64,000 nt of DNA from Cycas panzhihuaensis (GCA_023213395.1 CM041465.1:67897741-67961740), one strand, 5' to 3'; numbered from the stretch's first letter, positions 13,039-26,233 are shown. The notes: generated by a model from the letters alone, not told the origin. Numbers and translations: made by a program.

Positions 13039-16000
13039 TAGAATCGCACCTATGGGGGGGGGTAACCACACTTAGTTAAGATCAAACCAACTAACAAAGT
13101 GTTTCAGAGCTGAGGATCTATTGGGCAAGTCAAAGAAATCACCCACAAAGGGTGTCCTACGTCGGAATGCAAGTTTGGGACCCACAAATGGCGCATAAAC
13201 CCCTTTGAGGCAACTCTACCTTGATTGGGAGTGATAAAGAGATGAGGGATATCCTCAGTTTCCCGAGTAACCTCAAAAGATGGGCCCTCCTACCCTTAGA
13301 TGGCCAAAGGAGGGAGGAGAGGACAGGCAAGGGAATGGCTCCTTGCGTGAAAAGGGGATATGAGAGAGGTGTTTTTAGGTAGGAAATAAGAGTGATATGC
13401 ACTCATGAAGGATTGGGAAGGTGGCCAATCCTACGGGTGCAGAACTGACCTAAAGCTCACGCTGGGGTGACCTAGCTACGATAAATAAAACAATGACCAA
13501 AGGAAAAGGGGAGCCTTAAAAAGGAGATTCCCTTAGGACATTACACCTAAGGTTATCTTAAGAGTGTGAGTTATTAATGGAAATATTTTAATACTTTTGC
13601 ATGTGGGTTGCTATCTAAAGTGTGTATTGATGAGGTTGCGTATGCGATAATGTGTTCTTATGTGCAAAAGAGTTCTTTCAAAAAAAGAGAAGAATAGCAT
13701 AAAAACCCACTCATTCACTCACGCATGCATATCCTCACTCTCATTAACTTCTGAGCATGAAAGGAAGGGAGCTAACAAGGAAGCTATGTGCGATACAAGG
13801 TGTATGTAAGGGATGCAAGTTCAACTAATCGTGCAACAAATAGACATGTAATAAATATGATCCTTATCTCATGCACTTTGTCAAACAAGAAAGCAGGCTA
13901 ACTAAGTGTAAATAATATATGAAAATTACCTTTCTTTTCTTTTCCTTTAAGTGATATATGGGGGTGAAGGAAGGCAAGCGAGAGAAAGAGGACTAAAGGG
14001 AAGCGGGAGGCATACCTGGGAACTAGGCAGTCAAAGGAGCGCTACCCCTTGTCGTATTCACTTTCATCATGTTATTTCCAACTGCGGATGACGTGACAAA
14101 GTGATGCCAGTGAAGGAGGGTAGGGGCTTCCTTACCTTCCCCAAATCCAAAGGGAAACAGAAGAGAAAGGAAGAGTTGTAACAAAAGGACTCAAACGAAA
14201 TAGCGATCAAAAAGGCAGGAACGTACCTGGATTGGAATATCCTTCTTCTTCTTCACATATAGCAAGAAGGGAATCTGTAACTAAGTAATGTTTTCCCTTT
14301 TCCACGGGGCAGTAAGAACACAAGGGATATATGTGCAATATATAGAATAATATAATGCAAACTATCTAAGTCAAAGAAACATTTACAACACAAGACTAAC
14401 TCTCAACTCCTTTTTATGCTAACTTGCGAATAATATAAAAAAGGAGCTTGGAGGAGAAAGGATGTGGTTAGCCTCAGAATAGCTAACCCTCCCAGGTCTA
14501 CGATACTCCATGCTGTCTAAGTACCAAAGTGGCTAAGCAAGGTAAATTTAACAAAACCTTGAGATGTAAACAACAGATTACGGGCAAGATTACATGTGTT
14601 GTCAATGTTGCAAAAGCTGCAAAGTGCAAGTTTTGTAACCTCAAACTAGCCTAACACCAAGCGATGGGTACGGTATAGTTTGGGGCCATAATACCACTCG
14701 TGTAAGGTCTACAAAGCTAAGAGCAAGCACAGTAATAGGCTGCATACATTGCTACTAGCAGCAACCTCTCTTCCAATAGCTCTTTGGAAGCCTAAGGGAA
14801 GCACAGAGGAGGAAGAGGTAGGGAGAGAAGGGAGTTGTCCTTGAAGAGAAGGCTCATTGGGTGCGGAACCTGCCTTTACTCCTTTCACTCTCCCTTGAAG
14901 CCTCTTCCTCACTACCTCCTTGGAGAAACCAGGGAAGAGCTAGAAGGAAACAACGAGCAAACAAAAAAGGGAGGGTTTACCTCCTGTTTACAGCAGCCAA
15001 AAAAAAATGGAGAAAGAAGGTGTTATAGGAAGTATACAAATGACTTTTGTAATATTTGAAAGGGGTAAAGCAAAATAAAAGGTAATGAGTATCTGCTATG
15101 GGTAGATCAGGGGCATATCTACCTAAAAAATAAGAGAGGAAATCTAGCCTTGTGGAGTTTATGGGTAAAACCCCAAAGGAGCAATAAACTGGAGATAAAA
15201 CTAGAATAAGATAGGAGATATGTGCTTAACGGTGTACTTGGAGTACGTCTTTCCTTTAGTTAGCCATATTGCAGGCCTACTATTGTAGATCTGGAGATAC
15301 AGAGGACTAGTATCATGCTGGGAAATTGATGTTTCAGACCTGTATTATTGTAGGGCATTTATGTGGAAAAGTCCCAAGAGTGAGTGAGAGAGAGAGTTTG
15401 AGAGATTGGAAGAAAAAGAAATGAAGGCATTTTTGGGTTTTTTTAACCAAACCCTACCTCAACTAAGCAATTAGAGTTCAGCTTGGGCCGGGAATATGTC
15501 TTTGCCATATGGAAATTTCATAATAACTAAGAAATTAGCCACGGTAAATTTTAAAAAAATAAAATATGACAGTTGCCCCATGGTAAACTCTGCGGTACCA
15601 TGAATTTTGCAGCAGTACCATGATCTTTATCGCAGTACATCAGAAAAATAACAAAAGGAAGTTTGGAAGCTCAAGAAAAAGGGGATGCTTCAAGCCTAAG
15701 GGGCATGGCATTCTGTCTAGGTGGCAAGAGATAGTCATGGGACCTAAGAAACCTACGATAGGCAAAATATCAAAGGTGAGAAGCTCCCAAAAAGTTAATA
15801 AGTAAGTAAAAAGATGCCAACCATGCCTAGGCAAGAAGCTAGAGGTCATGGTGTGTCAATAGGTGATGTGATCATACTACAGGAACCAATTGGTACTTGG
15901 GGACAATGCGGAGATGTGGAGGAGGGTTGTGAAGTGCCATGGGATGAATATCCCTAGATCGTCATAGGCTGAAGTAGTGTAATGTAACATGATCAAGCAG

Positions 16001-16158
16001 CAGATGCATAATGATCACTCAGTTAATTAAACAGTCATGTAATACAAATGAAATGCTTTAATCCACCTCTAGTAGAACTGATAAAGGTGAAGGATAGAAG
16101 TGTACCTACACTTACCTAAGTCAACCCATCCACATCCATTCCCGGTAGCCAGGAAACA
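13039..16158 (-). repeat. 5' LTR of element A
   Basis: Direct repeat of 3002-6102. Starts TGTTTCCT at 16158; the terminal CA is mutated to TA; PBS follows; copia RT sequence flanks it on the right. Confidence 0.92.
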
Positions 16159-16426
16159 TTAACAAAACCTAAATAGAAATAAGCTTAACAACTAGGAAGA
16201 AGATTTCATAGAAATCTATACCTACTTTTTGTGCAAAGCCTTTTGCCACCAAACTTGCTCTATATCTATTAACTTTCCTATCAACATCAATTTTTCTTTT
16301 ATAGACTCACCTGCAGCCAATAATTTTTCTACCTTGTAGAAGTTCTACTAGGTACCATGAGTTATTCTTCTCTAGGGCATCCATTTCTTCATGCATAGCC
16401 TTTATCTATTTTGCACTATGGTCATC

Positions 16427-16981
16427 TGTTAAACCTTATGTTTATATGTTAAGATTATGTACTTTATTTTTTATGTAATATTTGTACTTATATACTTTAG
16501 GAGTGACTTATCACTTAAGTGATAAAGTGCACACCCATATTCTTTCTAGTGATACAACATTGTCACTAAAGGGTCAAATGACCCCCCATGGACTTTTGCT
16601 CACTTGAGAGCCCTAGAAGGACACATGTCCTATATGTAAGCCATGTACCTTGGATGTTTGACACTTGTCAAACATCCAATGCCTTAGGTCTCTCATTTCA
16701 CTCTATATAATGAGACCTCTCCTCATTGTTCTCATGTAGAGTTAGAGCTGTATTGTTATATTGTTAGTTTTCTAATCAAATTGTTTATTCATTTGGAGGT
16801 TGGACCAATTCCAACCCCACACATTTTGTATCATTTTCTTGCTCCTTCATTTTCATGATTTGTCTTGCTTATTTTTTTCATCTTGAGAGTATCATACTTG
16901 TTAGCATTTGTGCTTTCTAGAACTAGAGTGAACCTAGCTTCTAGATCTTAGGATTATGAGGCCATTAGGCCCCTTTTCACA
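16427..16981 (+). repeat. 5' LTR of copia B (555 bp)
   Basis: TGTTAAACC...TTTTCACA; direct repeat of 22502-23054; followed by a Met-i PBS at 16984-16995. Confidence 0.95.
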
Positions 16982-19207
16982 TTCGGTATCAGAGCTAGAG
17001 GAGACTAGTTCCCTCTATTTTGATTTTTTCTGCTTAAGGAGATTCAAAGAAGGGTTACAAACACTTGGTGATGGCCTTTGCCCTCCGAAGACGATCCAAG
17101 GTTTGCTAAGATCCATTTTCTGTAGATTCAAGCTTCTTGGAGCAGTGTTGAAGGCTAGAGGAAGGCTACTTTCAGATCTGAATTTTTTTTTCAGATCTCT
17201 ATCAAAGGGTGCAACAATGTTTTTTTCAAAAATAATGCTTTTTCTTTAATTTTTCTTCAAGAAAACAAAAAAAAATAGAGATAAGAGACAGATCTAATAT
17301 ATTAGATCACTTTGTGACTATAAATCAGCTTTGTAAGCATTTTTTTAGGCTCATAATTATTTTGCAATCAATTTGTATCAGTTGTTCCTCAAATCTTGGC
17401 AAGTTTACTCACGATTTTTGTAATTTTTCTACTAAAATCTATATTTTTTAGCTAATGTTTTTCTCACATTTGGGTGATAAGCTATTCTCCAACCATTTGA
17501 AGCTCTGAGACTAAATTTACTTGAAGTTTGAGGTTCATTGTAGGCCGTGGATCAATTTCTTAGCATTTTTAGCCTTGAAACTCCACTCAAAAAGCACAAA
17601 AAATTACTATTTTTCACTCTTTTTTTCTCATATCAAGCGGGTTGTCCACATACTGACCCTGCATACAGCTGTAGAAGACTTAAGGGAAGAGTTTTAGTGA
17701 TTAATACGAAGGTTTAAAACCCTAGACAACCATATAGCAGCAGTTTTCCTTTCTCAAGAATGTGTAACCAGCCATAACTTCAATTACTTGTAGCTCTCTG
17801 CACACTTGACGAAAAACCTTAAGATTTTAGAGGGAGTTAGATACCACTAGGGCACCCCTCCTCCTGAAATTTTCAACACAAACATAGGTCTCTACACGTT
17901 GTTCTCATCATTTGCGTATCCATGGGAGTCGTCCAAATCGCACTGCCATGATCGACCTTTTTTTTATCTTGAAAATTTTAAATCAAACTTTTGATTTTTA
18001 AAGTTTAAAATCTTCATTGTACTTAGTGATTTCATCAAATCATTAAAGTTGAAACAGTCACTCATCTTTGGATATTAAAATTTCTGAGTTTAAGTCCTCA
18101 ATCAAGGCTCCCTGCGTGGTATTCTTGCTGCTCAAATTTGTAAAAAAAATATTAAATTTCAATGTTTGTTTTTTGGCATTTTCTGCCTTATTTAACACTT
18201 ATTTCATATTTGCAAGAGTTAAAAGGCATTGAAAGGAATGATTTTTAAGTGTTGTGACCTTGTTAAAGTGATCCTCATCATTGTTTCAACATTTTTTCTA
18301 AGGAACCTTGCATAGTGACATACTTCCCTTAGTCTCAAAAAGGGCTCAAGAAGACTTATTTCTTAATAAAATCACTCATTTTTTGTTGATTGTTGGGACT
18401 GTTTTAAAGTCCTAACACTTGGTGCTTGGTGTTCTTTGGCAAGTGGTCTTCTTCTCTTCACTTTTGAGCATTAAAAGGAACCCACTTGTACTTTCATTAC
18501 AAGGTTTTGCTTTGCTTCTTTGAGTACTTAGCATCTTTTCAAAGTACTTTTTTCTTGCAAAACTTGTTGTACTCAAGCATCTTTCTTTACTTAGATTCGT
18601 ATAAGCACTTTCACTTCATTAAGTCCTCATTGTAAACAACACTTTAAGTGTTTATTTAATGTACTAGCTTGCTTCTTTTTTAAGCCTCTTTCATTGTAAG
18701 CTTAATCAAGCACTTTCATAAGTACATCATCCAAGTAAAATAAATCTTAAATTCACTTTAACCTTCTAAACATTTAACTTTAAAATTCTTGTTGGAGAGG
18801 CCCGAAAAAGGTTCAAACCTTGCCTCTGAAATAACATTAAGTTTGGTGCATTCCCTAGGGGACCAACTGATCATACAATCAGTGCATGATAATTAAGGTT
18901 GCTTGAGGGAAAGGAGGTTCGAAAAGGGTGTTATTGGAGCTGTGAATCCCAGAGAAAGCATGTTGTGTCCATGCAAATCAACCCTATCTACCTTGTTTTA
19001 GATTTAACTTGGCCAACTATTGGATCTCCTCTATATATCAGGGTTGGACCAACTCCATAACCTAGTCCTCCACCCCTCATTATTCCATTCAATTGTTGGA
19101 TTTTCTAGTAAGATCATAACTGTTGGTTTTGTTAGAAGGTGGAACTTAAGCGTCGAAAGCTTTGAGTTTCTAAGTTATCTGCTAGCTTCAAGCCTTACAA
19201 CTGAAAC

Positions 19208-22200
19208 ATGGCTACTATTAACATGCTTAATGCATGCACTATAAGATTAACAGGTCAAGATAACTATCAAGAATGGAAGAGGATCACTCAAAATCCCTTG
19301 ATCATGAATGAATTTTGGGATTATGTTTCTGGAGGGATACGCCAACCTGTACCTGTTGTCAATGGCAATGTAATTATTCAACCTAATGATGCTTTTGTTG
19401 CTACTTGGGAAGCCAAAGATGAAATCACTTTAGCATTCCTTCATATGATTCTTGATGTACATGTGGATCAAAACATTGTATGTGCAAAAACTTCTAAGGA
19501 AGCTTGGGACATTTTATCCTATTTGTATGAAAGGCGAGATAAAGCTTGCATTTTAATGGTAAAAGCCAAGTTGTATTCTGTAAAGTTTGTCAAGCCTATG
19601 TCAGCTTTTCTTTCCTCCATCAAGAAAGTATGTAATGAGTTGAATACACTAGGTAGTTCAGTAATAAGAGATGAACTTATAACATCTATTACCAAAGCTT
19701 TGCCAAAGGACTACAATAGATTTATATCTTCTACTACAAGAGATGGTTCTCTCAAAAGAATATCATTTAATGAATTTGAAAGTTTATTACTTCAAGAGGA
19801 ATAAATTTACACCAATGATAACGAGGATGAACCATCAACATTAGGTGCATTCATAGATAAATCAAAGGCCAAATAGAACCCCAAACCTACACTCTCAAAG
19901 CAGTTTGGAAACATGAAGATTGGTTCTTCAAAGACTAATGTTGTGTGTCATTATTGTGACAAACCTGGCCACATTACACCTTATTATAGGAAGAAGCAAG
20001 CATATCTACGTTAATAGTAGCAGCATCCACATCACCAAAATCAGAGACAGTAGTAGCCATATCAACAATTCCAATAAAGATTCTAGCAATAGCAGCAGTA
20101 GCAACCCCCTCGACCAAATCGAGGTGCCTATCGAGGAGGTCAAAGAGGAAGTGGGGGTTTTAGAGGTGGCAATCAATGCCATTTCAATCAGTTTGTAAAT
20201 GAAGATAAATTATTTTGTGCTTATTAATCATGTAAGGTTGATGAAACTTGGATTATTGATTTTTGAACTTCACAACACATGACTAGGAGTAAAGAACTCC
20301 TTACCGATATCAAGGAAGGAAAAGGTCAATCAATGACCTTTGGCAATAATCAATCTGTTAAAATCTCTAGTACAGACACAATAGCTCCATTTCATTCTTC
20401 TTCTAATCCTTCATCTTCATTTCCTAATGGCAATGCCTACTTTATACCTTCTATGGATAAGAGCTTGCTATCTCTTAGCAAATTGGGCAAGCAACAGATG
20501 AGCATCTTGTTTAAAAATGGGAAATGTGTAATAAGTGACAAAGATGACTAAGTAGTAGATGTTGGATATGAGGATCATGGCCTCTATAAATTGGATGCTA
20601 ATAATATAACACTTGATTCTGCTTACTCTGGTTCGATTGTCACTCAACACTTGTCTAAGATGCAACTGTGGCATCAATGCCTAGGCCATTTGAGCTTAGA
20701 CAATCTCAGGCAGATGATAAACAAAATAATGGTACATGGGCTTCCAAAGATATATGGCTGAAGCATGCATAATAGGGACTCAACATCTCTTATCTTTCTC
20801 TAAAGGTAAAGCTTAGCATGCATCACATCCTTTGCAGCTAGTACACTTAGATTTATGTGGACCTATGTCCACCACATCTTTTAGAGGAGCTTTGTACTAC
20901 ATCTCCTTCATTGATGACTTTTCTCATAAAGTCTGGATCTACTTCATCAAGCACAAGTCTGAAGCATTTTCAAAGTTTAAAGAATTCAAGCTTGAAGTGG
21001 AGAATGAGTATGGCCACTCTATCAAAACATGAAGGATAAACAATGGAGATGAATTTACTTCAAATGAATTCACCCAATTCTACAAGGATAATGGCATTTA
21101 GAGACAGCTCACTATTCCTCACACTCCTCAACAAAATGGAATCTCTGAAAGAATGAACAGAACTTTGGCTAATAAAGCCAAAGTAATGATGCATGCACAA
21201 GGACTCACTCAAGCTTACTTGGCAGAGGCATTCCACACAGCTGCCTATGTGGCCAATCAAAGTCCAACTACAGTAGTCAACGACATCACACCCGAGGAGG
21301 CATGGTCTGGCAAAAAGACAATTGTTAGCCATTTGAAGACTTTTAGGTGCACTGCTTATATGCACATCCCTGACCAGCAAAGAACAAAAATAGACAAACA
21401 TAGTCTAAAATGCATCTTTGTAGGTTATGCCATTCATAGCAAAACCTACAAGTTGTATGATCCCATTGGAAAGAAAATGCATCTCTCAAGAGATGTAATC
21501 TTTGTTGAAGATGATCATAAGGAGTTACAAACAGCATCCATGTGACCTCCCATTGACAAAGGCAAAAAGATTATTGAGGCTTTCTTTCCCTCTTAAACTT
21601 CTACTCCATGTACATCATTTACTCTTACTAGACTGTCCATATCATCTGATTTAGCTCCACTTGATCCTAGCACATCTTCTGTTGATCAACCACTTAGACC
21701 AGAAGATCTTGAGGTTCAAGTCACATCAATTCAAAAGTTACCAAAATGGTATACTCAAACAGTACATGATGGCCACATCATTGAAGGAAAACGTCCATCA
21801 AAATACAGGCAGCAGACCAATTTTGTATTTATGGCTAAAGTGTTATGTGTTGATGAGCCTTCCACCTTTGAGGAGGCTTCTAAAAATGAAAATTGGAAGG
21901 CTGCTATGGATGAAGAAATCAATTCTATTGAAAAGAATGGTACTTGGGATTTGGTCGAATTGCCTAAACACAAACAGGCAATTAGTTACAAATGGGTCTA
22001 CAAGACCAAATTCCATTCTAATGGTATACTTAAATGGCAAAAGGCCTGCCTTGTGGCCAAAGGATTCAAACAAAAGAAAGGCATAGACTATGAGGAAACT
22101 TTTACACTAGTGGCTAATATAAACACCATCAGACTCATCTTGGTCTTAGTAGCTCAATGCAAGTGGCCAGTCTTTCACATGGACGTGAAAAGCACCTTTC

Positions 22201-22474
22201 TTAATGGCGATCTTCAGGAGGAGGTATACTTGAGCAGGATCACCCCACCAGGATATACTGTGACAATCAAAGTGTACTCAAGTTAGCCAAGAATCTAGTT
22301 TTTCATGCACGGACCAAATACATCGAAGTTCATTATCACTTCATTAGAGAGCATATACAGAATAGTGAGATCAACCTCCAATACAGACCTACAGAGGAGC
22401 AGACAGTAGATATCTTTACCAAGCCTCTTGGTAGAGAAAAGTTTGTAAAATTCAGAGATAGTCTTGGCATCTGA
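19208..22474 (+). pseudogene. Copia B gag-pol polyprotein (stops and deletion)
   Basis: gag RLTGQDNY..W; CHYCDKPGH; protease WIIDF*TSQHMT; INT LVHLDLCGP/FIDDFS/PQQNG; RT WDLVELP..MDVKSTFLNG; RH end YCDNQS..HARTK.IEVHYHFIRE. Confidence 0.93.
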
Positions 22475-22501
22475 CTTAACATTGTAAACAGTAAGGGGGG
22501 G

Positions 22502-23054
22502 TGTTAAACCTTATGTTTACATGTTAATATTATGTACTTTATTTTTCATGTAATATTTGTACTTTTATACTTTAGGGTGACTTATCACTTGAGTAATAAA
22601 GTGAACACCCACATTCTTTCTAGTAACATAACGTTGTCACTAAAGGGTCAAATGACCCCCCATGCACTTTACTCACTCGAGAGTCCTAAAAGGACACATG
22701 TCCTACATGCAAGGCATGTACCTTAGATGTTTGATACTTATCAAACATTTAATGCCTTAGGTCTCTCCTTTCACTCTATATAATGAGACCTCTCCTCATT
22801 GTTCTTACATAGAGTTAGAGTTGTATTATTATGCTGATAGTTTACTGATCAAACTGTTTATTCATTTGGAGGTTGGACCAATTCCAACCCCACACACTTG
22901 GTATCATTTTCTTACTCCTTCATTTATATGCTTTTTCTTGCTTATGTTTTTCATCTTGAGAGTATCATACTTGTTAGCATTTATGCTTTCTAGAACTAGA
23001 GTGAACATAGCTTCTAGATCTTGGGATTGTGAGGCCATTAGGCCCCTTTTCATA
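22502..23054 (+). repeat. 3' LTR of copia B (553 bp)
   Basis: Follows the PPT; TGTTAAACC...TTTTCATA. Confidence 0.95.
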
Positions 23055-23060
23055 GTCATC

Positions 23061-25449
23061 ATCTATTACTTCCTAATAACATGTAGGTTCATCATCATTA
23101 AAAATCAAAGCAATATAACTAGATGAGTTATACCTTTTAGGAAGATGCCTGGCCCATGTAGATCTTCTTATAGGTGGTTGAGGAGTATCGATATATTCTT
23201 GTATTTCTTTTGTAGGTTTATCTTCAGAAAACTCATCCTCCTTTTCTACTTCTAAAGAAGGTCCAGTTTCAATCTTAACATGTTGATGTTTAATTTATAG
23301 TTCCAATTTTATTTCAACTTTTATATTTTTAGATATTAGAAAAGAAGATTCATCAAACACCACATCTCTGTTGATGATAATTTTATGGGTAGTAGATCCT
23401 ACAATATGTATTCCTTAACTCCATCCTTATCACCATACTTAACAAAGATGTACCTTTTAGATTTTAGGTCTAATTTAGTATGCTTACTTTTATCAAGTAA
23501 GGCATAAACATCATAACTAAATATTTTTAAATTTGAATAATCATAGAGATGATTAATCCATACCTCTTCTCAAATTTTACATTCTATTGCCAGTGATGGT
23601 GATCTGTTCACCAGATAGTAAGTTGTTAGAATTACTTCTTCCTACAAGCCCTGCTCTATGCCTGCATTACTCATCATAGTCCTTGCTCTTCTTAGAAAAG
23701 TTTTGTTTATGTGCTATGCAATGCCATTCTACTATGGAGTATAACTTATGGTCTTATGTCTTTCAATCTTTGATTCCCTGTAATAGTTTTTAAACTCCAA
23801 AGAATTGAACTCACCTCTATTATCTATTTATAAGTATTTAATTGACTTGCATGTACTCTTTTCAACCAGAGTTTTAAATTGCTTTAACACACTAAACACA
23901 TCAAACTTTCTCTTCAAAAAATAGACACATACCTACTTAGAGAAATCATCTATAAATATTACAAAATACAATGCTCCTCCATAAGATATCGTAAGGGCTA
24001 GTTCCCATATATCTAAATGGACATAATCTAGAATACCTTTACTTGTGTGACTCCCTATATTAAATCTGAGACTATATTATTTTCCAAAGATACAATGTTT
24101 AAAAAATGTCAAATCTAAAAATTTTAAGTTAAGAAGTAACTTATGGTTCATTAGTACTTTCAATCCTATCTCACTCATGTGCCCTAACCTTTAATGCCAT
24201 AATTGAGTAAGATCTTCTGCTATCTTTGACACGGTAGCTGCTTGACCAATTTCTGTACTTCTAATTAGAGTGTAAAGGTTTCTTTTCTTTAAATCCTTCA
24301 TGAAAACTAAGGCACCTTTCAACACCTTCAAAACTTCTCCATGACCTATATACTTATAACCACTAGAATCTAATTCACCCAAAGAAATGAAGTTCCTTTA
24401 AGTTTAGGTACATGTCTAACTTCTGTTAATGTTTTCACTACACCATTGAACATCTTGATTCTAATGCTACCAACCCTAATAGTTTATAGAAAACATCATT
24501 TCCCATGAGAACATCACCACCATCAAGAGGTTGGTATGCAGAGAACTAACTCTTGTGTAGACGGGTGGTGAGAAGCATTTGAATATAATAGCCAATCATT
24601 ATAATAATAAGAAATATTGCATGCAACTAAGATATTGTTATCCATACCTTAACTTGATTCTACCTGATTTACCTCCTTGGCTAGGTCTTCCTTCTTTTAA
24701 AATTCCTTCCTCTTCTAGCAATCCTTCTTGAGATGACTCATCTTATTACAATTCCAACATCTTAGTTTACCCTTCTTACTTTTTGACTTTGATCTCGATG
24801 TATCTTTGGAACTTTGTCCTCTCTCAATGGATCTACCCCTTACTGCCATAGCTTCTAGTATGGAGGTTTCTAAACTAGATCTTCTCCTCACTTCTGAAAG
24901 TAAGGCACTCACAACAGAGTCATAGTCTAGCTGATCAATAATAATAAAGCTAATAGAGGTGATAATATTATCCCAGGACTTAGGTAATGAATATAACAAG
25001 GTCACTACCTTATATTCATCCTCTAGATGTATAACAATACTAGCCATCTAACATATAAGAGTATTAAAGATATTTAAATGATCAAGAATTTTAATCCCTT
25101 CCTTCATGCACAATGAATACATTTGCCTCTTCAAGTAGATTTGATTGGTCATAGACTTTGTTATGTACAAGCTTTCTAACTTTATCCATAATCCTATTAC
25201 CAATTTTTCATTTGTAATATTAAATAGAACTTCATCTGCCAATCATAAATGTATTGTACTAAGGGATCTTTTGTCCATGTCCTCCCATTCTTCATTAGTT
25301 GTTGTTAATGGTTTCTTCACCCTATCTTCCAAGGCTTTGTACAAACCCTGTTGCACCAAAACATTATATGCTTTAAGCTTCAACAACTCGAAGTTATTTT
25401 TTTTATTGAACTTCTCCACCTTGAACTTTGCATTCATTACTTTCGCCAT
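23061..25449 (-). pseudogene. Copia C gag-pol (gag, PR, GAG-pre-integrase, INT)
   Basis: ORF fragments 25243-25449, 25048-25242, 24715-25047 and 24191-24382, plus integrase motifs (YFVIFIDDFSK). Confidence 0.88.
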
Positions 25450-25520
25450 TTGATATAAAATGAAGTAATACCAAACCCTTCATAGACTTATTACAAAATA
25501 TGAGTGACTTTGATATCATT

Positions 25521-26233
25521 TGTTGAGAAAGCCTAGCCTAAATAACCAAAACTAGTCACCAAGATCTAACTATTTTGTAACAATAATAAGGATTCAAAAC
25601 TGTAATAAATGTAAGTATCTAAATCCAGAGATTATTCAACATATATAAAAAAGTATACACATAACCCAGTACATAGATTTTAACATGGTAAAACCCTAGT
25701 AGAGTACTACGAAAACATCTACATAGGAAAAGTATTAATCTTTATTAGTTAAGAATAAAAGATTGTATATGCAATCTCCATAAAATTTTCATAATAGCAA
25801 CAACTAGCAATCGCTCACTCTCAATGCGATATAATATAATATAATATGATACAATTACCCTAAAAATGGATTATAAGAAAGGCACATCAAACTTAGCCAT
25901 TAGATCTAGGTCTTTTTAATAAATGACCTAGATTCCCTTTTATAATTTGATAGGTGTCGTCGTCCCCCCAGACCCCCTTGAACCCCCTCACGATAGTAGT
26001 AGGGGGGCAAGCCCACCCACACCTCTCAAAGAAAAGTTATAGGAAAAATCGCACTAAAATAGGTGCCAAAAAAAAAAGAGGCCTTCTCAAAATTATTATC
26101 ATATATCTAATAGAAAGAGATGAAGCTTACTCTTTGTGTTCACGTACAGTCCATGGTATTATGTGGTGCATAGATAAAATTCATAATCTGGAATGTCCTA
26201 TGGAGAACAGATAGGGCAACCAAAACCCCAACA
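25521..26233 (-). repeat. 5' LTR of copia C
   Basis: TGTTG...CAACA termini with the PBS adjacent. The partner LTR is not in the window, so the outer boundary is inferred from the terminal motif. Confidence 0.65.

Larger units (their letters stand above)
3002..16158 (-). mobile_element. Element A: Tat-type Ty3/gypsy LTR retrotransposon, LTR-to-LTR unit, pol internally deleted
   Basis: Two ~3.1-kb direct repeats (3002-6102, 13039-16158). On the minus strand: PBS, gag, protease, RT N-terminus, aRH and PPT, in that order. Tat assignment rests on the gag/PR/RT motifs, the Arg-like PBS and the aRH domain. Confidence 0.92.
16427..23054 (+). mobile_element. Element B: Ty1/copia with both LTRs, long 5' UTR and an internal RT/RH deletion
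   Basis: LTRs at 16427-16981 and 22502-23054; PBS CGGTATCAGAGC; PPT AAGGGGGGG; GTCATC on both flanks; domain order gag-PR-INT-RT-RH. Confidence 0.95.
16159..26233 (-). mobile_element. Element C: Tnt1/Tork-like Ty1/copia, interrupted by B and then by A within RT
   Basis: 5' LTR 25521-26233, degenerate Met PBS (TGATATCAAAGTC), gag from 25449 (KFKVEKFN..NNF), zinc knuckle CWNCNKMSHLKKDC, integrase ~23400-24050. RT start EPTCY*EV...AMHEEMDAL...LVAKGFAQKVGIDF continues in 16159-16426. Confidence 0.9.

Noticed and set aside
1-16158. Recent segmental duplication or haplotype collapse as the cause of the 10-kb repeat
   Set aside because: The copies are visibly diverged and the repeat boundaries coincide exactly with the LTR termini, PBS and PPT.
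19920-20198. Ser-rich 92-aa ORF
   Set aside because: Alternative frame of the polyQ tract in gag.
22532-23126. ORFs 22532-22726 and 22821-23126
   Set aside because: They lie in the copia B LTR and are not kept open in the other LTR.
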